Shown one piece after another: positions 38,901 to 50,900 of a stretch of 64,000 nt of DNA; position 1 is the first letter of the stretch, and each line of letters starts with the position of its first letter. Source of the DNA: Phoronis australis (taxonomy: Eukaryota; Animalia; Phoronida); NCBI GenBank assembly GCA_002633005.1, contig NMRA01000716.1, positions 110,596 through 174,595 on the forward strand. The letters run 5' to 3'. The notes under the pieces were generated by a model. The model had not been told where the DNA came from and did no database searches. It worked only from the letters and a program-made list of their open reading frames with translations. The position numbers were made by a program, and so were the translations under genes.

Positions 38901-41900
38901 AGAGCAGCGTTTTTGAGATTTTCTCATGAACGTTTATGTCAAGCAAAATTTCGTAGTGTCATTTAGTATCCTGTTTGCTATGAGTGTACTTTGTAGGAAG
39001 ACATGGTCACATGACTCAAATATTGCAGATTGGTAAAAAGTCTCAAATCAAAGCCTACAGGCCCTTTTACTTTGACTAACTGTGTATGCAGCCTTTTAAG
39101 CATGGCCCTGAATAACGTTTTAAACGCCGTAGCATCCCCTATTGGTCGTTTTAGTGTTAAACAAAATATCCCTTGTTCCTCGAATATTATCAAAACATTC
39201 ATACATTCCGATTGATCGATATTAAGGAATCCAGAAGAGTGCTGCTCCAAATCCCTGTGTGGCTTGTGCGTCCATTAACTTTGTAAACCAAGGCTAGAGT
39301 GTATAGGTTCTTACTTTCATTTTGTCAGACTTAATGTGACCAAGAGCGGATATTCTTGGGCAAAGTGCACGGACATTTGTAATCGATCGGGCACCAAAGC
39401 AATGCCAAGTGGTCATTGATGTTTTTGATAACTGGACTTTATTTCTGTTGCTTACTTTACTCGTAAATTTAGCCAATAATGTCGATTTTCTAAAGGTTTT
39501 CCTAGGACGCGGTTTCCCAGACAACTGTTGCAGTGATTCGTCACTTGCCTCAGTCGCCTGTGGCAACCTGATGCTTTTAGGAGAGCAAACCAATACAAAA
39601 TACAAAATGTAGAATGACAATATAACCTTGAAAAGTTTATTTTATTAAGGGTACTGACACGCAATCACGATTTGCGCAACCTGATGTAGTATTTACTTCC
39701 TAATTTGCCCAAATGCATTTTTGTTACAATTTTCAAACCAAATTCGCATTTAACTCCCCATAAGGGAACGTCCCTCTACTGTAGAATTTGTAAAGGTTTT
39801 CCATTGTGACATTTTCACAACACACATTCACTGATGACTTTCTACATAAAGTTTGTGAAATGCAAGACAAAAATTCGGCTTTTGGTTATTCGTAAGCATA
39901 TTTAGACTTCTCACTTTTGGCTGAAGTCAAAAGACAAAAGTCAACAGTAAGTTTGAGAAACGGACACTGATTGACAATGACATATTTTAGCCTGAATTTC
40001 TGGAATCTGGAGGTCTACCACATTTGGATTCTTGATTGCACTCTAAGGCCGGGACAGTTTTGAATTTGTGATTTGGTGGAGATAAATGGAAAAATTTGTT
40101 TTAATTTTGACATATGGATTTTTTCTGGTGGACATACCAAGGTGAAAACTGAAATTTCAAAATCTGAACCTCACACCACGGCTTCAGGGAGCCATGCAGA
40201 TCACCACTAAAACGAATAAATTGTCGATTATCCTGTTACAACGTCTGACCCAAAGTAATTTCCCATGTAGAAATGTTCCGAGTTAGAACTAAGATGGCGC
40301 ACTCTACTGGACTACTGCAGTACGGTGATGTCACACTTTCTGTCCCTAATGGGCTATTTGTCTTTTTGAGAAACCTAAAACCTTGTGTTGATTAGTCAAA
40401 GATTGGCACGTATTCACCAAAACGATTCTTGCGTGGTCTTGTCTTCAGCTTAGTCTGTTTGATGTCAGAAACTTTTCCGATATTAGTGCACGGAAACGAC
40501 TGTAAGAGAGGGGAGTTGTTGGTATAAAATTTGATTTCATTACGAGTTGTATGAACATAAACGTATGTAAAGTTCGGAAAAGTCCGTGTCAGCCTGTGTA
40601 TACCTTTAAATCAATTAGTTAGTCACAAATTAAACCCAGTATTGTAATGCGGTGTCTGCTTTGCTTTCAGCCCTTTACGTGGAAAGGGGAAATTATGAGG
40701 AATGCATCAGGACTTGTGAGAAGGCTCTTAGATTGGGCAGTGACAACAAAGACGATTACAAAGCAATAGCCAAGTACGTACTGAGGTTTTGTGTTGTCAC
40801 ATATAGTATCAAAGCTGTTATCACGTTTTTTTTTTAATTTTGACAAAGCACAAAACCTATATTTCGGTAGCGGAGGTGATTCTGCATTTCATGTGGAAGG
40901 ATTCGTTCAGTGTCCAGTAGTGTTGTTATCAGCAGAGGTACAGTTGGGATTGGCCTACACGCGGGATTGCCGCTGATGATCATTACGGCTTGCCCACTTC
41001 TGTTGGTTCACAGTTAAGAGGCCTGACGCCACTGTTGAGGCTGCAGATGCAGTGTTTTGACATGTGTGATATATGATTCCACCTATACAAAGCACTTGAG
41101 CATTGCATGATTTACGAACTTAGGCACGAAATAATTTTCAGGATTTAGCAGTAACTAGAGGACTTATGGAATCATTACAGAATCATTGGTCTAACTTAAT
41201 GGCTTTGCAATATTTCCAGACTCCATAGGCACATGGCAGATGCGTACGAAAGACAAGGTGATCTCGACAGTGCGTTGTTAAGTATGAAGAAGTCGTTAAC
41301 AATACGCATGACTCCGTATGCTGTCTATCAGGTGCTGGAGGTAAAGTCTTAGCATAATAAACTTAAGTTAATAAACTGATGATTTATCCAGGTCCATGCA
41401 TATAGTCAAATTGTAAGTAGGTCAACTAGAGGTACCTTAATAAAACGTAACTGGAGCTTTAACGCTGGGTCATGAAGTGCAAAATATGATTACAGAGTCA
41501 ATGTAAACCATAATATTCTTGACCACAGAAGAATGGACATTTATCTTGAATTCATACCAAAGTAGAACGGAAAATGCTAAAAATTATTTCGAATTCGATT
41601 AGATCCTGACCAATGAACTTAGACATTCGTGCTAAGTTAACATTACAGGTATTTGCTCAAATGGGAATAATTACTTTCAATCATTTTGGTAAATTTTACT
41701 GACTTTGAAATTACTTTTGAACCTGTAGTTCTTCAGACCGGAAGAGTGGCCCTCTGAGCATTGTTGTGACTGTTCCTGGCCTTGTGCGCCTCGATAACAG
41801 CGGTCAGGTGCCAATGCAATCTTGTATTTAATAAAATGACAATGTGCAATGCAGTCACAGGTGTTTGGAGTAAAAAGTGTACGGCGAGTCTATAAATTGC

Positions 41901-44900
41901 AATTTTTGAAATCTCACTTATCCATAATCAATCAATAACGGATACGATCTTTACTTAATCAGTATTTTTAGACAATATGAAAAAAATGCAGAAAGAAGTT
42001 ATCCAACAACGAATGTCATATCATTTTTAACGAACTCTGCACCAGAGAAACGCTAATGCCGAGTTATATTGAATGAAACAACATCCATTTAAAGAAATGG
42101 ATAAGCTTTAGAATACAACCACTGTATATCTCCTCAAGCTCAATAAAAGAGAGACTTAGTGGCAAACAATAAACTTCCGCGACTATGTTTACGCTATAGA
42201 TTGAAAAGATGAAGAAGGAAAAGGAACGACCAGCTCACGTTAAGCAAGAATCACCACTTGAAGAGAAATGCAAGGAAGAGGAACGTCTCACAAATGGTAA
42301 TGTGATCTTGGAACGCTAAAGGAGAATGACTCTTGGTCATTTACTTTGGTCATAAGTTATTGGAATGTCCACTTTGAAAAATTAAGAACTTTCATCAACT
42401 TCCTACCTCGTTTCGTTCATTTTCACGAACGTACAAAACACTATCGGACAGGCTTAGCCTAACATTCAGAACCACAGTGCAAACTCAGTAATTTATTGAT
42501 ATGATCTTGTTACCGTCTCTGAACTGTGACAGTCGGAGTCACCACGAAAATGTGAATGTTGGAGGGCTTACATGTAGCTCAATCCAAGAATTTGTCAATT
42601 TACATGGAGAAGATTGGTGTCTGGCATGTGCAGTTGGATCTCCTCAATCCCTTGAAGGAACTTGATGACATTTGGCATAAGTTTTTTTATGGATCTGGCA
42701 TAGTGATGTTGCTTATTTTCCCCTCCGCTACGCCCGCCTTCTCATAGTATGGAAGTTCATGGAAATGAGCAGAAGTGTTCCTATTTTGGATATCGAATCG
42801 AATCTACCACTGATGAGCGCTCTGGTGACATATTTAGGTTTTCCCATTTCGCCGAATGTTTTGCCGTCCCTAACTTCTGTCGCGCCCTAATCCGCATGAC
42901 AGCGTTCTGTCGTTCAGCAAATTTTCCAGACGTGAGAGGTTAGGAACGAGCGATAACATCTGGCTCCTTTGTTAACTGCCCCGGACAGTCTACATGTATT
43001 GTCCCGTATGACACAGTGGCAGATCTAGGATATCATAAGGGGGGGGGCCCCAACATTTTGTCAGGCGGTAAGCATTTGCGCAAACCACGATTGTAGATGC
43101 GCATAGCAGCGAATGGGGGGAGGTCTGGAGGGGGGATCTCCTCCCGCCCAGGAAATTTTTCTGTTTTTTTCTCCAAAACTCAAGCATTTTCCTTGGTTCC
43201 TGAGGTATTATCCGAGAAAAGCAGGCAAAAAAAAAGAGGGAGAAGGAATCATACAGGAAGACCTGCAAGTACCAGAGACTCGAACTCACGACCTGACGGA
43301 TAGAGCGTGCGTGCTTTACCACTACACCACCACGACTTAGCTAATAACTCTTTAACAAGAGACCTACTTGTTTATGGTCCACAGCGTTTGCGCGCGAAAC
43401 CTACTTCTTTTTGTAATGCTTATTACACGTTTTATATTTTGTGCAATCGGTTCTTAACAAATTTGATGTATTTAAAATAGTCTTGAAATGCCCAAAAGAC
43501 CAAATCCGTTTTTCGTGTTGGCAATTATGACGGGATTGCTTTGGAAATCGTCTTAAGTTAAGGTTTGAGAAAGAGAGAATTATGAGTTTCTGAGTGATTC
43601 ACTGAGGCTTCGATTAAAATTCACATCTTACCAGCAGCTTCTGTTTTTTCATCGTCACTCAGGTTCCATTTTCTTTAAAAAATGAAGTAAATTTTCTTCA
43701 TTGCACAGTGAAGCAGACGACGGAAACAGAGTCGTAGTGCGCAGCGCCACTGCCGGTCGCCTGGGATATCGCGGGAGAGCCTATACTTAGCCATAGCTCC
43801 GTTACGAATGCGCCGTGTTCCGAATTTNGGCAGCCAAGGCCCCCCCCCCCCTAAATCCGCCTATGTGACAACAAGCAGGCCAATTATCTACCCGGCTTCA
43901 CTGGGGTTACTGAAACCTGGCAGTAGTAGAGCGATTTTAGTGATTCAAAAACTAAACATGATCAGCATTTGACAAGGAATTCACAAATGCTATTGGTTTA
44001 TGCTCAAATATGTTATAAATTAACTTTCATTTTTATCAGCCCAGCCCAGTCCGGGCTAGATAGGTCTACGATCTGATAGGAGATTAGAGCAATTATCGAA
44101 TAACAGAGAGCGGGAACTTCCAACCATAAATGCTAGAGTGGAGTTAATCAGTCGTGTAAGATATTGGCTACAGGGGTAAACTTCCCAACTTGTTGGGAGC
44201 AACAGGAAAACGCCATAATTGAACTTCTGTGGCGCCATCTTCAGGAATGCTAATACAGTGGTGATGCTTTATAACCTCAAAGCCTCTCTAAGAATTCCAA
44301 ATTGAAAACTAAACAGGGTGAAACGCAGATTTAAGACAAGGTAGCCTCGAAGGTATGGTAGTACTCAAAAAATCAATTCAAAAACACAAGGTTGTCAATC
44401 ACTTGAATTGTTTATGCTTTCATGACATTCATTATAGTTCGGTAGCAGCCCTTCGTTAACACAGGCTTTGTGGAAAACACGACTAAACTTTTTGTTTGAA
44501 AGCTTGATACTGAGTCGCTCGTAATGTCGAAACATTCTCCTTTCCTCGGGTGTGCAACTATGAAGTTGACCTAAAACACCAAGAGACATAACAAACAAAC
44601 AAATTAAAACACAAGCTATATTTCGAGACAGCATGTCTCGTCATCAAGCAATAAGTACATGAAATGAATGTTGGATTCAAGCAAGGTCTGAAGGGACAAC
44701 AGTTCACCATGCACAATTTACAAGTTAAGATATCATCGACATAGCGGACATAGATAGGAATTTTGGCAATTTGGCAATATGCTGAGCGACCCGTTTTTCA
44801 ACTTCTGACGTGTAAAATTCTGACAACGTTGGGCCTAAGAGGGAACCCATATTGACGCCGTCTTTTGTAAAAACAACTTGCTATTAAAATGCCGATAGGG

Positions 44901-47900
44901 GACTTGAGGTGTACAGATAGTGAATAAAATGCGCGTAACCTAGGTTGTGAGATACAGTGTATCAGTTGGTTTTAACAAGAGCAACGCAGAGCGTTGAAAT
45001 GCGCCCACAATTGCACCGTATATGGTATCCTTCTGGGTTTGTTTATTGGTACCATAAAGTGGCCAGTAGAGGGCATATATGTAGTATGTTGTACTTTGCA
45101 AAATGGAAAGGCATGGTCATTGTCTCCTCAATAGGCTAGGTTTCAAAATGTGAGTGATCTTCATAATACAAGTGCATCCTATGCATCAGTTGCTTAAAGC
45201 ACACAGAAACATAGAATTAAAAACAAATTTACCAACATACGAGATTAGCACAGCATTAAAATGCCAGAAACAAATTTCTACTTGGAAATTTTCCTTCATA
45301 GTCACGAAGTAACACAAAGTATACACCTGAAGACCTATGAAAATACAGAGGTCAATGTGAAATATTTAAATTGCCACTAGAGGCATACCGGTAGTCAGAA
45401 TCATCCTAAAGTCGTCATCGTCCGTTGTCNNNNNNNNNNNNNNNNNNNNNNNNNNNNNNNNNNNNNNNNNNNNNNNNNNNNNNNNNNNNNNNNNNNNNNN
45501 NNNNNNNNNNNNNNNNNNNNNNNNNNNNNNNNNNNNNNNNNNNNNNNNNNNNNNNNNNNNNNNNNNNNNNNNNNNNNNNNNNNNNNNNNNNNNNNNNNNN
45601 NNNNNNNNNNNNNNNNNNNNNNNNNNNNNNNNNNNNNNNNNNNNNNNNNNNNNNNNNNNNNNNNNNNNNNNNNNNNNNNNNNNNNNNNNNNNNNNNNNNN
45701 NNNNNNNNNNNNNNNNNNNNNNNNNNNNNNNNNNNNNNNNNNNNNNNNNNNNNNNNNNNNNNNNNNNNNNNNNNNNNNNNNNNNNNNNNNNNNNNNNNNN
45801 NNNNNNNNNNNNNNNNNNNNNNNNNNNNNNNNNNNNNNNNNNNNNNNNNNNNNNNNNNNNNNNNNNNNNNNNNNNNNNNNNNNNNNNNNNNNNNNNNNNN
45901 NNNNNNNNNGTGGCGCAAACTATGTCGAATCCATCTGAAAACGGGAGGATAGCGTCATCTCACTAATAAGTGCCTACATACCAAATTTCATGAAAATCCG
46001 TTCAGGACTTTTGAAGATACAAAGGTAAGCGTAAAAAACTAAAATTGCCACTAGGGGGCACACCGGTAGTCGGATCAGTCCGAAAGTTCGCACATGCCGC
46101 CCCATTCATGAATGGAACATATGTGCCAAATTTCATGAACATACGTGAAAGGGTTTTGGAGATAGAGCAGCGGACGCCAGATGCCGGACGGACGCCGCCC
46201 GTACGGACGGACGGACGGAGATGACGGCATAATGCGTCCACATATAAATATGTGGGCGCATAAAAATGAGTGCGTATACATTCATTCTACTTATTGCCTG
46301 ATGATGAGACCTGTAGTCACGAAATATAGCTAGTGTTTCAATTTGTTTGTTTGTTTGTTTGTTTGTTTGTTATGTCTTCCGTTGTGTTACTACATAGTTG
46401 CACACCCGAAGAAAGGTGATTGATTCGACATTACAAGCGGCTCATTATCAAGTTTTCAAACAAACAGTTTAGTTGTGTTTTCAACGAAGTTTCATGATAT
46501 TTATACACAGATGGCGTTGCCAATGCGGCCAGCCTGGGAAAAGATGACGAGCATCCGCGAACACCACATTACTCTCAGTTTAAGTGTCGACTTGACAGTT
46601 TCAAGAAGTGGCCCTTGTCAAAGTATCAAAGCGACTTCAATTTGGCAAAAGCAGGCTTCTATTTCATTGGTGAGCTGAGACTATCCCTGTGTTTGCTTTA
46701 AATGTTGTGTGAAAACTAAATCCTATGAATATCTTTATCAGACCTGTTACTTCTGAAGTGTTCTACGTTTCGTTATCAACACTGCATGGTAGAAGGTAGA
46801 CTTTGGGAGACATGATGTTAGTCTTGTTTTCATGATGCACCATTCGCAGTTGGCAGGTGGGCAACTCTAGACAGTCAGAAAACCTTAATTCTTTCTGCTC
46901 GATTACTCTTGATTGTACTTTAAATCGACAGCGTTAAGATAATCAGTAGCCTGAACATTTAAGACATTTGATTTCATTTTTCGCCCTTTTGTGAACGGAA
47001 ATGGTACCAGTGCTAACAGTGTGTCCTGTATACTCCCTGAAGCCCCCAAGTTCGATTCACAATCATAATAGCGTTATGAGACCGATTATGTGACGGAAAA
47101 TTGTCTTAATCAAGGGCTGCCTTCATGGACAGAACGCAGGTTTATAGGCACTTGAAATATGTCTTTCACTCTCCCTGTAGGTAAAGCTGACCTCGTCAAA
47201 TGTTTCTTCTGCGATGGCTGCCTCTCAAACTGGGAGCCAAAGGATGACCCAATCATAGAGCACGCTCGCTGGTTCCCACAATGCGGCTACGTCCGCCAGA
47301 GGATGGGCAACGATTTCATACTTGTTGTCACAGAGTATTTTGCACAGCTTAATTTGGTAAGTTCAGAAAGCATGAAGTTGTATCTGATTTTAAGTTGGTA
47401 ACATTGATTTGCCTGGCAGAAGGTACAAGAAACAGCTTGGAAACCGAAAGAGCACATATCATTGTACCAGAATGTGTTTGCTGTGTTGTTTCTTCCCATA
47501 TTCGAAGGTGGTTGCTGATTTACAAAACCGTCTCACTGCAATTGTTTTGTCTTGCTTATCTGCAGTTCCCATTCGGAAATAATGTAGCAAGCAGCGTCTA
47601 TCTAACATAATTTGAACTTTGTCTTTTAAATTCAAAGCTGGATGTTTATTATTATTCAGCGTGCCCGAAATGTTCTCCGAGGGCGACCTTTTCGCCCACT
47701 TCGTCAAATGAAGGGTTTGTTCAAGCCCTCCGACTACCCTCCCCCCCTTCTGAGTGCGCGCATGTATGCGGCCCAGGAGCAGAGTCTGAATTTCAAGTCC
47801 AGGGCCCCGTTCCAAGAAAAATGACTTAGCTAAGACAGATCTTAACTTTCAGTTAATTTTAAAAGAAGACTTATATTTGTCTCAAGATCATTTCAAAAAG

Positions 47901-50900
47901 AGATCTCTTAAAAGTTGGACTTAAATTTTGACTATCTTAGCAGATGTAGAAGTTTCAAAGTTCGGAATTTGAGACAAATCTTAGATTTAAGTAAAAATGA
48001 ACTTAAGTCAGTTTTTTGTTAGGGGCCCTTGGCTTGTACTGACATGTCAGTACATTTGTGGACACGCTGTGTTTTATTCGAGCAGGAAAGTGCATCGGTT
48101 GTTTGTCAAGACAATTGTGCCAATCCAACCAGTGATCATCATGCAGAAAGCTACCAGAATAGTGAAGCTACAGACAAAACCATTATCGTTGACAAGTGCG
48201 ACTCTACCGAACTGACAGCCGGTGGTTTGAAGTTGGTGACAGATGCAGCAGATAAAGGTGTTCACAGGGATACTATTAAAGGTGAACGTTATTTTTATAG
48301 ACATTCAAAAAGTTCGACTTTTGCGTAATTTTCTAATTATCATTGCCTTCAGTGGGTCATTGTTTGCAAGTTTTGCGAAATTTAAATCTTCTAAAAAAAT
48401 TTCGCAGTCCATTGTTAATAAAAACAACAATTTATTTAAATCGACTTGACATGTTTCGGCGTTTACTAACACACCATCTTCAGAAGTAAAAACAATGGCC
48501 ACTATGCGGACCCAACAACAAGTAATGGTACACAGACACAGTCAGTTACAGGGTAGCAGACGGAAACAGACTAGACCAATGAGCAATTTTAATTAGATCA
48601 TTGACTAGACTAACGATGACAACCTGTGGTGTGCCAGTAGCCTATTGAGAGTGTGCTTGTACCAATTGATGTGTAGAACCTCACGAATTTTAAGCTCCTT
48701 TGTTGTTTCTGCTTGGTCTGTGATAGCAGATTAGTCATTGAAAGAGCATTGCTCATTGCAAAGATTGGCGCTCTGCAGACGAGTTTTAATATGTGAACTT
48801 CTGTCAGAATTTAGATGTTCCCTGGTCCAGGTTTTCAAGTGGCGAGCAATTTCGCCTATATAACTGGAGCCACACCCAGCACAGATAAATTTGTACATTA
48901 CGCAATCCCTATAGCAGGAACAACCTTTGACCAGTTTACTCATTGTGTCTGCCTGGTTCTTACTGCATCGATGTCTAGTGATCTATATTTTAATGAGCTC
49001 AAAGAGAAAGACATGCCCAAAGACCTTTATAGTCGCACAATTCGTTGAGGGAGTCGCAATTGTCCCTTCTACAGAAGATAGTCGACTGCCAGTCTAAGGT
49101 TTTCCCGCCTTTCCTGAGACCGCTAGAATTGGAGAGATGTGATCCCCACAACATAAAGCTTTAACTAGGAATGTCCGACTGAAATGTTCATAATTAGTGA
49201 TATACGTGTACCTGGGCATGGACTTATACATAATCGTCATCAGTTAGTATATTTTTAAAATGTGCCCAAAAGACAGTAGTTAAAAACAGACTAAATAAAG
49301 TATAGTTTTTCTAGTAAAAGGTGTTAAGAGCATTTGTCATTGAATAAAACCTGTTTATATTTTGTTTCGAAAGGATATTTAATGGTAATGTAACTAAGAC
49401 TGGATAATTATAAATGTACAAGGCACAAGTTTCTTTATTCAACATTAGCACTAAATCGCGAGTATAAATAATACCTCCAAGGTTCATTGCTTATGCCGAC
49501 ATAATTTATAAAACTAACGTTTATATGTCTGAAATTCATTTTACAGTACAAAGGTTAAAATAAATTAGTGGTTAGGCGCAATAACGTCACGTTCAACTCT
49601 TGCTAAATTTCCACAAAACGCTCATTGCTATAAAAGTTCGACTAATCTGCCAAATATTTCTGGCAACAAGTGTGCCATAGTTTGGTGGAGTCTAACAGAA
49701 TCGTGTCAAAATATGAACTGATAATTTGAACACCACTGTATCTGTGGAACGTAGCTTGGCAAATGAATAACCCTTTCAGTAAAGCAGCGCTCAACAGGTA
49801 TTATCTTGCCTCAAGTTAATCGCACACTACAGTTAAACCAACAATGGTGGAATGTTGCAGTAGCGCCATGCAGTACCTTTCACTACAACCTTTACCAAGT
49901 AATTGACAACAGAGAATCTATGAGTACTTTATATCTCTTCCCACTTCACGAAGAGCTAACAATGCAGGTGCTACATTGTAGATGGAATGGTTACGTTGGA
50001 AAAGGCCAGACTGCAAAACTTGGACTCTTCCTCCGCTGATTTGATGGCTGGTGAGTTCGAATCATCAATGGAATACCAAATTGAAGCTAAAGCTGTTGAT
50101 GAACATGTTAACCAACGCACTGAACAAGGTAAACATAACTTTCAATCAGTTCACTGTTCCTTTAAATCCAACCGTCGTATTTTGAAATGCTAGAGTGCCT
50201 TGAAAAGAGCAGTGTATATCCGTGCATATGTGTTTGGGTGTGAGCGTCTGTGTGCATGGGCTTGTATAACTTTCTCAAACGTGTCCAAAATCATTTCAGA
50301 TAAAAACTCGGAACAGCTGGATGAGGAGGAGGAGAGACTGGCAAAGGAACTGCAGCAACTCATTGAAAGAGAAGGCGGATCAAAGTCTGGAGGGTCCCTT
50401 CTTAAAAAAATGGGTGACGTTTACAAGATGCGGGGTTCATTAACAGAATGTGTACAGCATTTTGTTATTGCATCGTCATTATACAATGCGGCACTAATGA
50501 GATGCGATAACCCAGAAATGATTGCAAGACTTGAAACATCGCTGAGAGAAAATGAAATAGCCTTCTTTGACATGCTATCAGTTCCGATCAGCAAAATACC
50601 AATGAACTTCAAACTTGAAATGAAACAGAAATTGCAAACCATCAGACAATATGTTTCTTTGAAGACGGGGGAAACGTTGAGAAAGTTTACGCAAGAGTTT
50701 AGTTTAGAAGATCAAGAAAATGAGAGAACAGAATTAGAAATGATTTTTGTTCAGGAAACCAGAGGTATTTTTATGGATTTGCAAGCCAAAATGAAATCCT
50801 TCCATAAGGAACTCCTTTCAAAGTGTAAGGAGATTTTAGGACCACCACCCCAGGAATACACTGCAATAGCCATGGGATCTTTAGCAAGGGGCGATACAAC

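Noticed and set aside
45415-45952. Long ORFs across the N run
   Set aside because: Artefacts of the assembly gap
50200-50299. N-terminus ([10 protein letters not shown]...) of the 1153-aa ORF as a stand-alone gene start
   Set aside because: Starts at TTG and lies in the intron between the gtaaac donor at 50129 and the tttcag acceptor at 50299
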